Assembly: GCA_964016885.1 (NCBI GenBank)
Contig: OZ024742.1
Span: 293,508,001 to 293,572,000, forward strand
Length of the DNA stretch: 64,000 bases
Direction: 5' to 3'
From: Eledone cirrhosa
Lineage: Eukaryota
The notes beneath the pieces are model-generated. The model was not told the DNA's origin. It searched no databases and saw only the letters and a program-made list of their open reading frames with translations. Positions 1-14,206 of this stretch are shown here, piece by piece. Every line of letters starts with the position of its first letter. Position 1 is the first letter of the stretch. The position numbers were made by a program, and so were the translations under genes.

Positions 1-19
1 AGAAATATATCAAGAAAAT

Positions 20-440
20 ATATATATATATATATATATATACATCCACACATACACACACACACACACACATATATATACATATACATATATATATACA
101 CATATATACACACATACATATATATATACACATAGATATACACATATATACACACACATATATATACATACACATATACATACACACACATATATATATA
201 TATACAAACAAGTAAAATATAAAGTATACATCGATATACATACATATAGACATATAAATAAATACACACGCATACACACACATACATATACATACATATA
301 CATACACATATATATAAACACATACATACACATACATATACATACACATACCATATAAATACACATACACATACATAGACGCATACATATAGAGACACAT
401 ACATATACACATATAAATACATAGACACATACACACATAA

Positions 441-499
<59 letters not shown>

Positions 500-542
500 T
501 ACACACATATACACATACACGCATACATATATATATATATAC

Positions 543-583
<41 letters not shown>

Positions 584-657
584 TATATATATATACATAT
601 ATATATACACTCACAACACTCGTATATATATACACACTCATACATATACACACATAT

Positions 658-710
<53 letters not shown>

Positions 711-813
711 TATACAGTCACACCTACATACATATATATATATATATAAATACACTCATATATATACACACATACACATACATACCCACATATAAATATA
801 TATATATACATAA

Positions 814-845
<32 letters not shown>

Positions 846-861
846 ACACATACACATACAC

Positions 862-948
<87 letters not shown>

Positions 949-1410
949 CATACACATACATACACATATACACACATACATATATACTCACACACACACA
1001 CCTACACATACATACACATACACATATATAAAGATATATATACACACACACACACACACATATAATAAATATATATATATATATATATACATATATATAC
1101 ATATACATACATATATACATACATACATACATATACATACATATATATACACATACATACATACACACATACACACATACATACATACACACACACATAC
1201 ATACACACACATACATACTCATACATAGACATAGATATATACTCACACACACATACGCACTTACATATACGCATATATACAAATACATACACATCCATAT
1301 ATGCGTATATACATACAAACACCACTACACGCTCACACAACTCAGACATACAAAGAAAAAGGTATATACATATACATATATACACATATAAATAGAGATA
1401 CATATACACA

Positions 1411-1446
<36 letters not shown>

Positions 1447-1552
1447 CCCACACACACGTACAACCATAAACACACATACAAACACATACATACACACATA
1501 CATACATATATATACACACACACAAAGACACACATACATATATATATCTATA

Positions 1553-1597
<45 letters not shown>

Positions 1598-1865
1598 ATA
1601 CATACACATACACACACCAATATATATAGACATGCACACACATACATACATACATACATACATACACATACACATACATATATATAAAAAAAAAAAATAA
1701 ATAAAAAAAAAATTAATACACACAGACAAATATGCACACACATACATATATGTATATATATATATACACACACACACATACACACACACATACATATATA
1801 TACACACATACATACACACACACATATATATACATACATATACACACATCAACTACAAATATACA

Positions 1866-1898
<33 letters not shown>

Positions 1899-2210
1899 TA
1901 TACATATTTTCACATATATATATATATATACATATATTATATTATAATAATAAATAATACATATATATATATATATATATATAGACATACATATATATAC
2001 ACACACACACACACTCACATATATATGCGCACATACGTACACATATACACATACACACATATACACATAGACATATACATGTGCATACATGTACATACAC
2101 ACATATACCCACATAGATACAAAGATACACATATATGTAGAGAGACATACATATACATACACATATATACACACACACATACATACACACATATATATAT
2201 ACATACACGT

Positions 2211-2262
<52 letters not shown>

Positions 2263-2300
2263 ATATATATATATATATATATACACACAATCATACACCC
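20..2300. repeat. Degenerate (TA)n/(CA)n/(CATA)n compound microsatellite
   Basis: Directly visible; gives the spurious IY/HT/VC ORFs. Confidence 0.95.
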
Positions 2301-2559
2301 TTATTTGCATGCGCATATATGTATTTTTATACTTACAAATAAACACCCAAACATATATACACCTACCTACATATACATACATACATACACGCTTACAAAT
2401 ACAAATAATAATAGTAGGGGGGGGGAAGGGGGGGAGAAGGGGATTATAGTAAATATATGTTTCAAGAAACATAGAATATTAATCTGTATTTGGATCTCAA
2501 TATGTGTTTACATAGTTTCAGTATTAGGAAATGCAAGAAAGAAGGCAAAATTATGCATT

Positions 2560-3540
2560 TCAATATAAGTATACCATTAATTATAGGTTAACTAAACTAA
2601 AGATAGTTAATATATTGATTTCTAAGGTGTAAATTACTTAGGTTTATAATATTTGAAGCAGAATTTTGAAGTTAAATAGTAGTAGAGTATTAATTATAGT
2701 ATAACTAAATTAAAATTATTAACGTTATGGTATCAATATTAGGAAATGAATTTAGTAATAGGGAAAAAAACAAATAAAGTATTACATCGGTAGTAGAATA
2801 TAAATTATAGGTTAACTAAATTAAAAATTATATATTAATTTCTATAGTATATGTTAATTAGGTATATAATAAATAAAACAGATATTGTATTTTATCAATA
2901 GTAGAATATAATTATATGTAAACAGAAATTAAAATTAATACATACACATATACATATACATACATATATATATACACATATATATACATACATACACATA
3001 CACATATATACATACATATACATATTTTTTCAAAAATTGCAAAGAATATATTAACTAGGTATACATCCAAAACCCATCCCGTTCTATGATTACATGACAC
3101 TCTGCAATCCGTCTGTATTAGGATACTAATTTTAAGCCAATTAAATTAAATTTTTAGGTTGACCAAATTTAAAACCAAATTATAAATATATTTCTAAAAT
3201 GTATATTAATTAGGTCTATAATACTAAAAATTATTTCTCTGTCATTGAATACACGATATTTTGTTATATTTTATCTGTAAAGGAATTTTAATAAAGGGTT
3301 AAATAAATTAAAATTAATCTATAAATTAAATTACTAAGTATATATTAGTAATATTTAAAGGTTTTTCACAATTTATGATTACACAATATTTTATATTCTC
3401 ATCTGTAGTAGAATTTTAATTAAATTAAATTTATAGGTTAACTAACATTTAAATTAAATTATATATTAATTTCTAAAATAATGTTATTAATTAGGTTTAT
3501 AATATTTAAATGTTTTTTTTAGTTTATGATTACACGATAT
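2560..3540. repeat. Degenerate AT-rich tandem repeat (roughly 110-140 bp units) in the 3' region of the Penelope-like element
   Basis: Recurring blocks ttataggttaactaa / tatattaatttcta / ttaattaggt.tataata / atgattacac at about 2580, 2690, 2800, 3150, 3300 and 3430. Confidence 0.55.
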
Positions 3541-4411
3541 AATTAATTCCTGTCGTTTATTTAATAGGATATCCTTAGATTTCATTATTTCAAATAGTTC
3601 TTGGGAACATAATCTACATTCATTTCTATTATTTTGATAAGGGGTGGCTCTTTTGAGCACACTCCAGGTCAAATCATATTCTATATTCTTATTTTTATAA
3701 CTATTGATTTTTTCTGCTAGAGATGTTGTATTAGCCAGTGCGGCATTTTTAAAACTATGTTTGTGGGTATTAAACCTTGTCTTAAAATTGTTAGAAGTAG
3801 CTCCTATATATGAGCAAATAGAATCTTTAGTTTTAACATTACATTTATAAACTATGTTGTTAACAAGACAATTTCCTTTTAATGGGCAGTTTGCTTTGTT
3901 TCTACAGTTACAACCTTTCGTTAATTCTGTATTTGAGGAGATATTATGGTTAGTTTGATGTATTGGTGGTATACTTATGGTTTTCTTACATTTATATGCA
4001 TTATAGGCACTTATATTTTGTTTTATGTTATTTGTTGTTGAGTATGAGAATTTAACTGTAGACCTATTTAAGATTTGATGGTATTTGTGGTTTGGCGGGA
4101 AGTTTTTCTCTAGGATATAAAAAAATTTTTTAGCAATATTATCCTTAATTTGTAAATTAAATGGAGCATTATACCAAGTAACCCGTCTATTACGGTTTCT
4201 ATGTTGTTTATTATTTTTATTATTTTTATAGGTTGTATCGTGATGTTTACTAGGAGGATTAATGTTAATGATCTCACCACAACCATTTTTAGTTATATTT
4301 GTAGATTTAGGTGTTTTATCTTTTTTATTAGGAGTTTTATTATTAATATTTATTAGAGTTGTATGATGAGTAGTTTTTTGAGAGTTACTATATTTTATAT
4401 TAGAAGATTTG

Positions 4412-4412
<1 letters not shown>
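3487..4412 (-). mobile_element. Penelope-like element P1, 3' ORF fragment with GIY-YIG endonuclease
   Basis: [30 protein letters not shown]...[35 protein letters not shown]; cut at its 5' side by a (TA)n tract. Confidence 0.9.
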
Positions 4413-5060
<648 letters not shown>

Positions 5061-7947
5061 TCATCATCATCATCATCATCATCAGGTTTAGCGTCCGTGT
5101 TCCACGCTTGCATGGGTTTGGACGGGGGTTTTCCCACTTGAGGCAAGAGTGGTTGTCTTGCTCGCATAGGACTGTCTGGCGGGTTTTCTACAGTTGGATG
5201 CCCTTCCTAACACCAACCACATTTACAGTGTGGGGCTGGGAGGTTTTTACCGTGTTGCCTACACGGCCACATTACAGCGTGGACTGTCTGGCGGGTTTTC
5301 TACAGCTGGATGCCCTTCCTAACACCAACCACATTTACAGTGTGGGGCTGGGAGGTTTTTACCGTGTTGCCTACACGGCCACATTTACAGCGTGGACTGT
5401 GTGTTTTTTGTCGTGACACCTACACGATCTCATTTGTTTCGGCCTGGATGTTGTGGGACCAACATAACTTTACATTGAAAGGGGCGGTGTGGGTGGGGTG
5501 GAGGTGGTGGGACGGGGGTGTGTTTTGATAGAGGTGCCTACTGACTGTAGTAGGTTTTTACTTTGTATTTAGGTAAGGCGGGTCTTCTCTATTACTGAGT
5601 ACCGCCAAAGGTCTCGGTCCAGTGACATTGTCTTGGAGTGGTGTAAGCGTGTGAGGTCGGAATTTATCAGCTCGTCCCATGTTTTTCTGGGTCTGCCTAC
5701 TCCGTGGCTACCGTCTATCTTTATTGCCCTGCACTTTGTTATACAGCTGTCGTCTTTCATGCGCATCACGTGACCGTACCAACGTAGCCTTCTCTCGAGT
5801 AAACAACATCTGATCCCTCTTATTTCTAATTTTTTCCTTAGTTCGTTTATGCTTTGCCGTTCACGTATATTACTATTGCACATCCAGCGGAGCATGCAAG
5901 CTTCGTTCCTCTCTAGTCTGCGTATATCCTCTGCACACAATGCCCAGGTCTCACTGCCATGCAGCATTGCTGTTCGTATGCAGGCATCGTATAACCTGCC
6001 TTTCATTTTTAGGGAGAACCCTCTAGCGGCTAATAGTGGTATAAGCTCTCTGAACTTTTTCCATCCAGTTCTGACTCTAGCTACTGTACTTTCAGAGCAC
6101 CCTCCCCCACTGCTGATTTTGTCACCCAGTTAACGGAAGCTGTCCACTATTTCTATAGAACCCTCTGCGCAGTTGAAGGAGCTAGTATTTTGTGGGCACT
6201 TGCTGCTACTTATTGCACCAGAGCACCGGCCACATGTAAAATCTATGTTCTTAGTTAGCTTACCTGTGATCCCACTACATCTTTTATGCACCCATACTTT
6301 GCATTTGGGACATAAAATGGAGTTTCTACCTACGCCTTTCCTACACACTGAGCATGGCCATTTCCCCGATGGGACCGCCGCCTTATTTTCTTTCCTACAA
6401 ACTAGAACTTTAGTCTTAGCCAGGTTAATTTTAAGGCCTTTTGATTCTAGGCCGTGCTTCCACGTTTGGAATTTCTTCTCTAGTTCGGTCATTGATTCAG
6501 CTATGAGCGTTAGATCATCTGCGTATAGGAGTTCCCATGGGCAGCCGGTCTTGAACTCCTCTGTTATAGCCTGAAGGGCAATAATAAATAGTAGGGGGCT
6601 AAGTACAGAGCCCTGATGGACACCAACTTTTACGCTAAACTCTTCACTATATTCGTTGTTAATTCTAACTTTACTGACTGTTTCTTTATACATGGCTTGT
6701 ATAGCTCTCACAAGCCATTCGTCAACACCTAGTTTTCTAAGAGACCACCAGATAATGGAACGGGGGACTCTGTCGAAGGCTTTCTCCAAGTCGACAAAAG
6801 CTAAGTATAGGGGTTTACTTTTAGCTAGGTACTTCTCCTGTAGTTGTCGTACAATGAAAAGAGCGTCTGTGGTACTTTTTCCTGACACAAACCCGAACTG
6901 CATTTCATCTAGATCAATTCTCTCTCTGATTAGTTGCGCTATTACTTTTTCCGTGACCTTCATGACCTGGTCGATTAATTTAATGCCTCTATAGTTACTC
7001 CTATCTAGGGCATCTCCTTTTCCCTTATAGCAGTTAACGATGATGCTGCTACGCCATTCCTTCGGAACAACCCCATTCTGTACGACTTGGTTAACTATCC
7101 GGGTGACCATGGTGTGTCCCACCGAACCAGATGCCTTCAGCATCTCAGCAACTATTTCCGAAGGCCCAGCCGCCTTACCCGTCTTCATATCTTTGATTGC
7201 CTTACTTATTATACTACCTTCAACTAACACTGCTGGTCCCTCTATTGGATCGATCTGGGGGAGACTGTCTTTCTCCCATTTGTTCTCCTCATTTAGAAGC
7301 CTTTCGTAGTGACACTTCCAAGCTACCTTCTTATCAGCGTCGGTGATGGCAAGTATGCCATCATCGTTAAGTACACACTTCTCCCCGACAATATCACGGT
7401 TTTCCTTGACACATTGCCTGGCAATCCTGAACACCTCACGTTTTTGGTCCTCACGTTGTAGAACATGCTTGAACTTTCTTTCCTCTGCTTCCCTTCTTGC
7501 GAAGTACACTTGTCTCCTAGCTTCCCTCCTGGCCACTTGATAGTCTTCTCTACTTCCCCCATCCCGCCATACTTTCCAAGCCTGCTTTTTGGCCTTAATT
7601 GACTCCTCCACCTTACTGTTCCACCACCATGTTACTCTCCTCCTACCTACAGGCCTGCTCCAGCCACAGACTTCGTCTGCCGCCGTCAGCAGGTTTACTC
7701 TCAGGAATTCCCACTGTTCCTCTATATTATACGACTCTAATTGCTCTTCCTTACTGTCGAAAGCGTCAAGTAATTTGCTTTGAAATTTATTTCTGGCTAT
7801 GGGGTCCTTTAGCTTCCATATTTTTCTCCTGAGGATAGTCCTCTTCCGCTGTCTAGTACGTCTCGTCCTGACTATGAGGTCGCTAATTATCAGTCTATGT
7901 TGGGAGGTGAATTCTTCATGGGGGTGGGATTTAGTGTTAACAACAGA
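5061..7947 (-). mobile_element. RTE-clade LINE copy A, 5'-truncated; RT + PHD finger; one nonsense codon at 6130-6132
   Basis: [55 protein letters not shown]; (GAT)n tail at 5061-5083; ORFs 6130.. and 5569.. share a frame. Confidence 0.95.
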
Positions 7948-8011
7948 AATATATATATATATATATATATCTATATATATATATATATATAAATATATAT
8001 TTATACATATA

Positions 8012-8042
<31 letters not shown>

Positions 8043-8120
8043 GCATATATATACATATATATATATACATAAATATATATATATATATATATACACAAAT
8101 ATATATATATATATATATAT

Positions 8121-8153
<33 letters not shown>

Positions 8154-8180
8154 CACAAATATATATATATATATATATAT

Positions 8181-8213
<33 letters not shown>

Positions 8214-8340
8214 CATACATACATATATATATATACATATATACATATATATATATATACATATATACATATATACATATATACATATATATATATACAT
8301 ATACATATATATATATATACATATATATATATACATATAC

Positions 8341-8391
<51 letters not shown>

Positions 8392-8719
8392 CATATATAT
8401 ACATATATATATATATATACATATATATACATATACATATATACATATATATATATATACATATACATACATACATCTATATATATATACATATATACAT
8501 ATATATACATATACATACATACATCTATATATATATACATATATATACATACATACATCTATATATATATATACATATACATACATACATCTATATATAT
8601 ATATACATATATATACATCCATACATCTATATATATATACATATATATACATACATACATCCATACATCTATATATATATATATATACATATATATATAC
8701 ATACATACATCCATACATC

Positions 8720-8751
<32 letters not shown>

Positions 8752-8872
8752 CATACATACATCCATATATATACATATATATATATATATACATATATAT
8801 ATACATATATATATATATACATACATCCATACATCTATATATACATATACATACATACATCTATATATATAT

Positions 8873-8929
<57 letters not shown>

Positions 8930-8993
8930 CATCTATATATACACATACATACATCCATACATCTATATATATATATATATACACATACATACA
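7948..8993. repeat. Degenerate (TA)n/(CATA)n tract
   Basis: Directly visible. Confidence 0.95.
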
Positions 8994-11642
8994 TCCGCCG
9001 TCGTTGTCGTCATCATCATCATCATCGTCATTTCATTTTACGTCCACTTTTACCTGCTTGCAAGGGTGGAACAGGAACTGATTCTGGCTTGATTTCTACA
9101 GCTGGATGCCCTTCCTAACACCAACCTCATTTACAGTGAGTGCTGGGTGCTTTTTCGTGGCGCCTACACGTCCACTTTACAGTGTGGGCTGGGTGCTTTT
9201 ATGCCGTGGCGCCTACATGACCACCTTGCGGTGGTGGGTGTGGGGGCATATTGTTTATATGCTTCAGCATGGACCCATGGGAGGTCGGGTACTCTGTATT
9301 ACTGCGTGACGCCAGAAGTCACGGTCGTGTGTCATTGTCTTTGAGAGGTGTAATTGGGTAAGGTCGGCTTTTATCACCTCATCCCAGGTCATCTTGGGTC
9401 TCCCCACTCCGCGGTTTCCATCAACTTCTAGTGCTCTGCACCTTTTTATGCAGCTGTCATCCTTCATACGCATCACATGTCCATACCAGCGCAACCGCCT
9501 CTCCTGCACACAGCATTTGATTCCTCTTATGCTCAGTCTCTCTCTCAATTCATTTATGCTTTGTCGTTCACGTATATTACTGTTACACATCCATCGGAGC
9601 ATGCAGGCTTCGTTTCTCTCTAATCTACGTAAGTCTTCCACCTTCAGCGCCCAGGTCTCACTACCATGCAACATCGCTGTTCGGATACACGCATCATACA
9701 GTCTGCCTTTCATTCTGAGTGAGAAGCCTGTTGCAGCTAGCAGTGGTAGTAGTTCCCTAAACTTCTTCCATCCCGTTCTTACCCTAGTTATTGTACTTTC
9801 TGAACACCCACCTCCGTTGCTAATTCAGTCACCTAGGTAGCAGAAGCTGTCTACTGTTTCTACAGGGCCCTCCCAGAGATTGGTGGTACTTGTTTCCTGT
9901 GGCTGTTTGCTGCTTGCTGTTTCAGCACAGCTGCTGCATGTGAATCCTACATTCTTAATTAAGCTTCCTGAGATCCCGCTACATCTCTTGTGTACCCATT
10001 GTTTGCATTTGGGGCAGAGAATGGAGTTCCTACCTACACCTTTCCTACATACTGAGCAAGGCCATTTCCCTGAGGGGATCTGGGTTCTGTTTTCTCGTCT
10101 ACTTACAAGGACCTTAGTCTTTGTCATGTTGACTTTGAGACCCTTTCTTTCTAGTCCCTGCTTCCAGGTTTGGAATTTATTCTCTAGTTCTACCATAGAT
10201 TCAGCTATGAGTGCGAGGTCATCAGCATACAGGAGTTCCCATGGGCATCCCGTCTTAAACTCCTCCGTTATTGCCTGCAGGACTATGATGAACAGGAGAG
10301 GGCTAAGAACAGAGCCCTGGTGGACCCCAACCTGTACGCTAAATTCCTCGCTATACTCATTGCTAATCCTAACTTTGCTGACTGCTCCCCTATACATGGC
10401 TTGTACCGCTTTCACAAGCCATTCATCTACTCCTAGTTTTCTAAGAGCCCACCAGATTACAACACGTGGAACTCTGTCAAAGGCTTTCTCAAGGTCGACA
10501 AATGACAAGTAGAGTGGCTTACTTTTAGCTAGGTACTTTTCCTGTAATTGCCTCACAAGGAAGAGGGCATCAGTGGTGCCTCTTCCTGGTACAAACCCAA
10601 ATTGCATCTCGTCTATTTTCACCCGGTCCCTAATCAGCTGTGCTATAACTCTTTCTGTTACTTTCATGACCTGGTCCATCAACTTTATACCTCTATAGTT
10701 TCCTCTATCTAGTGCATCGCCTTTACCTTTGTAGCAGTTGACAATGATGCTACTGCACCAATCTTTTGGTATGGCCGCTTCTAGTATTACCTGGTTAACG
10801 ATACGTGTGGTTATAGTGTGACCTACAGACTCAGATGCCTTCAGCATCTCGGCAGCTATACCCGATGGACCGGTTGCCTTCCCCATCTTCATATCTTTGA
10901 TTGCCTTACTTACTACGCTGCTGCTGACTTGTACTGCTGGTCCCTCTATAGTGTCTACTTGGGGTAGGGTCTCTTCTTCCCATGCATTCTCCTCATTTAG
11001 TAATCTATCATAATGACTCTTCCATGCATCTTTCTTCTCAGCACTTGTGAGGGCAAGCTCACCTTTATCATTCCGGATACACTTCTCTTCAATGACATCA
11101 CAACTATCTCTGACACACTGCCTCGCAATCTTGAATACCTCCTGTTTCTGGTCCCCACGTTGTAAAACATGCTTGAATTTTCTATCCTCTGCTTCCCTCC
11201 TAGCTAAGTATACTTGTCGCCTAGCTTCCCTCTTGGTCTCTATGTAATGTACCCTGCTCCCCCTGTTCTTCCATTCTTTCCATGCCTGTCTCTTGGCCTT
11301 AACTGCTTCATCTACCTTATTGTTCCACCACCAAGTCACTCTCCTCCTGCTTGAGGTCTTACTCCAGCCACAGACCTCATCCGTCGCCTCTAGTAAATTA
11401 TTTTTTAGGAACTCCCAGTTCTCTTCTACGTTAAATGTCTCTATCTGTTCTTCTTTAGTGTCGTAGGCGTTGAGTAAAATATCTTTAAATCTGTTACTGG
11501 TTGAGGGGACTTTCAGCTTCCAGATCTTTCTTCTCCAGGTTGGCCTCTGTTTCCGGGTTCGTCTAGTTCTGACCGTGAGGTCGCTGACAACTAAGCTATG
11601 TTGGGATGTACATTCCTCACTAGGGAAGGCTTTTGTGTTTAT
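8994..11642 (-). mobile_element. RTE LINE copy B (second subfamily), 5'-truncated; one TGA at 9825-9827
   Basis: Same RT motifs and PHD finger but diverged from A; ORFs 9825.. and 9264.. are in frame; (GAT)n tail at about 8994-9030. Confidence 0.95.
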
Positions 11643-11648
11643 ACATAT

Positions 11649-11683
<35 letters not shown>

Positions 11684-11721
11684 CATATATATCTACATGT
11701 ACATATATATGTACATATATA

Positions 11722-12212
11722 TCTCCCTGCGTACGAAAGGCCGGTTGTATGATGCCTGTGTGAGGAGCGCGATGCTGCATGGTAGTGAGACATGGGCAGC
11801 AACCGCAGAGGATATGCAACGGCTGGAGAGAAATGAGGCAAGCATGCTCCGTTGGATGTGCAATAAAAATGTGTGTGAACGACCCAGCATAAATGTGTTG
11901 AGAGAGAAACTGTGTCTGAGAGGGATAGAATGTAGTGTACGGGAGAGGAGACTGAGGTGGTATGGACATGTGATGCGCATGGAGGATGACCGATGGGTGA
12001 AGAAGTGCCAGGAAATGCCAGTTGAAGGAAGACGTGGTAGAGGTAGACCACGAAAAACATGGGCGGAGGTGGTGAGAACAGACCTCAGATCATTGAAGCT
12101 CACGGTGGAGATGATGAGGGACCGCGACGAGTGGAGAGATGCTGTGCTGAATAAGACCCGTCCCACCCTTGCAAGCAGGGAAAAGCGGACGTAAAATGAT
12201 GATGATGATGAT
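11722..12212 (+). mobile_element. RTE LINE 3' fragment B2 (third subfamily, essentially no 3' UTR)
   Basis: [24 protein letters not shown]...GRPRKTW...[13 protein letters not shown] followed at once by (GAT)n. Confidence 0.92.
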
Positions 12213-12238
12213 ATATATACATACATACATATATATAC

Positions 12239-12273
<35 letters not shown>

Positions 12274-12352
12274 CATATATATATATATATATACATACAT
12301 ACATATATATGTATACGTACATATATATACATACATACATATATATATATAC

Positions 12353-12411
<59 letters not shown>

Positions 12412-12481
12412 CATACATACATATATATATATATACATACATACATATATATATACATACATATATATATATATACATACA

Positions 12482-12522
<41 letters not shown>

Positions 12523-12726
12523 ACATATACATACATATATATATATATATATACATATACATACATATATATATATATATACATATACATACATATATAT
12601 ATATATACATATACATACATATATATATATACATACATATATATATATATACATACATATATATATATATACATATACATACATATATATATATATATAT
12701 ACATATACATACATATATATATATAT

Positions 12727-12757
<31 letters not shown>

Positions 12758-12831
12758 CATACATATATATATATATATACATACCTATATATATACATAC
12801 ATATATATATATATATATACATACATATATA
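12213..12831. repeat. Degenerate (TA)n/(CATA)n tract
   Basis: Directly visible. Confidence 0.95.
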
Positions 12832-13440
12832 TGGCGGCTGCCAACTCGTTTTCGAGTACGGCCACTACTTTATATCCATGTAGGAGAACCCCTACCGATG
12901 CGCTGAACAAGTGTGGCTTTTTAGTCCAGCCAGCAACTTAAAAAATCTGGTACAAACACTACACTTGTGACAATTATTAACACATAGTGCTGGGCCCATG
13001 GTACCATGTGACGACAAGTGCAGAGAGATCTCCACATATAAAGCAATGCCTGTGCCGTGAAGCTTTTATAGTGAGCTAAGGCACTGCACAAAGCCAGTCC
13101 CACTCTCTTAACCAAGATGATATTTACCAAAAAGAAGAACAAGTCAACATCATTGGATACCATCAGGGTTGCAGGTGTTATATCAGAGTTTTCCTTCTCC
13201 TAGAATTCTGCCTTGACAAAGGCTAAGGGGTCATCTCTCCCGGTGATTTTGGATGGCCATTGACTCTTAAGAGATCCTTTGCCCTTTGACAGGTTTTGTT
13301 TTTAGTCCTGCAGAATGTCCAAAGTCACCCTCCTCACCAAGAAACCTTGGTGGGGTTGCCAGTTTAGTCGCCAACGACCCGGCCATGGGACAGGTTGTAC
13401 TGGGATACATGTTACCAGTAGCACCAACTGGTGACCTGAC
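12832..13440 (-). mobile_element. Putative bipartite non-autonomous RTE derivative (5' UTR fused to C2H2-finger C-terminus and 3' end)
   Basis: Minus strand has the RTE 5'UTR-like motif ctaggagaaggaaaactctga; 12963-12892 translates [23 protein letters not shown]; a related 3'-end motif recurs at 13451-13482. Confidence 0.55.
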
Positions 13441-13499
13441 ATATATACATGATGGCTGCCCCCTCGTTATCGAGTATGGCCATTGCACAAGAAAAAAAA

Positions 13500-14206
<707 letters not shown>

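Noticed and set aside
10-2568. Numerous long IY/VC/HT-rich ORFs (also at 4363-5167, 7799-9118, 12090-14275, 43431-44291)
   Set aside because: Stop-free translations of TA/CA microsatellites.
5849-7832. Plus-strand ORFs overlapping the LINEs
   Set aside because: Antisense shadows of RT codon structure.
6130-8718. 862-aa ORF (also 531-aa 3487..5082 and 714-aa 9825..11969) as novel fusion proteins
   Set aside because: N-terminal parts are microsatellite or antisense LINE read-through joined to truncated elements.
8994-12212. B and B2 as a twin-priming inversion of one element
   Set aside because: Different subfamilies, each with its own 3' tail and overlapping coding region.
13200-13440. HDV-like ribozyme in the RTE-like 5' UTR
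   Set aside because: Could not build the nested double pseudoknot by eye.
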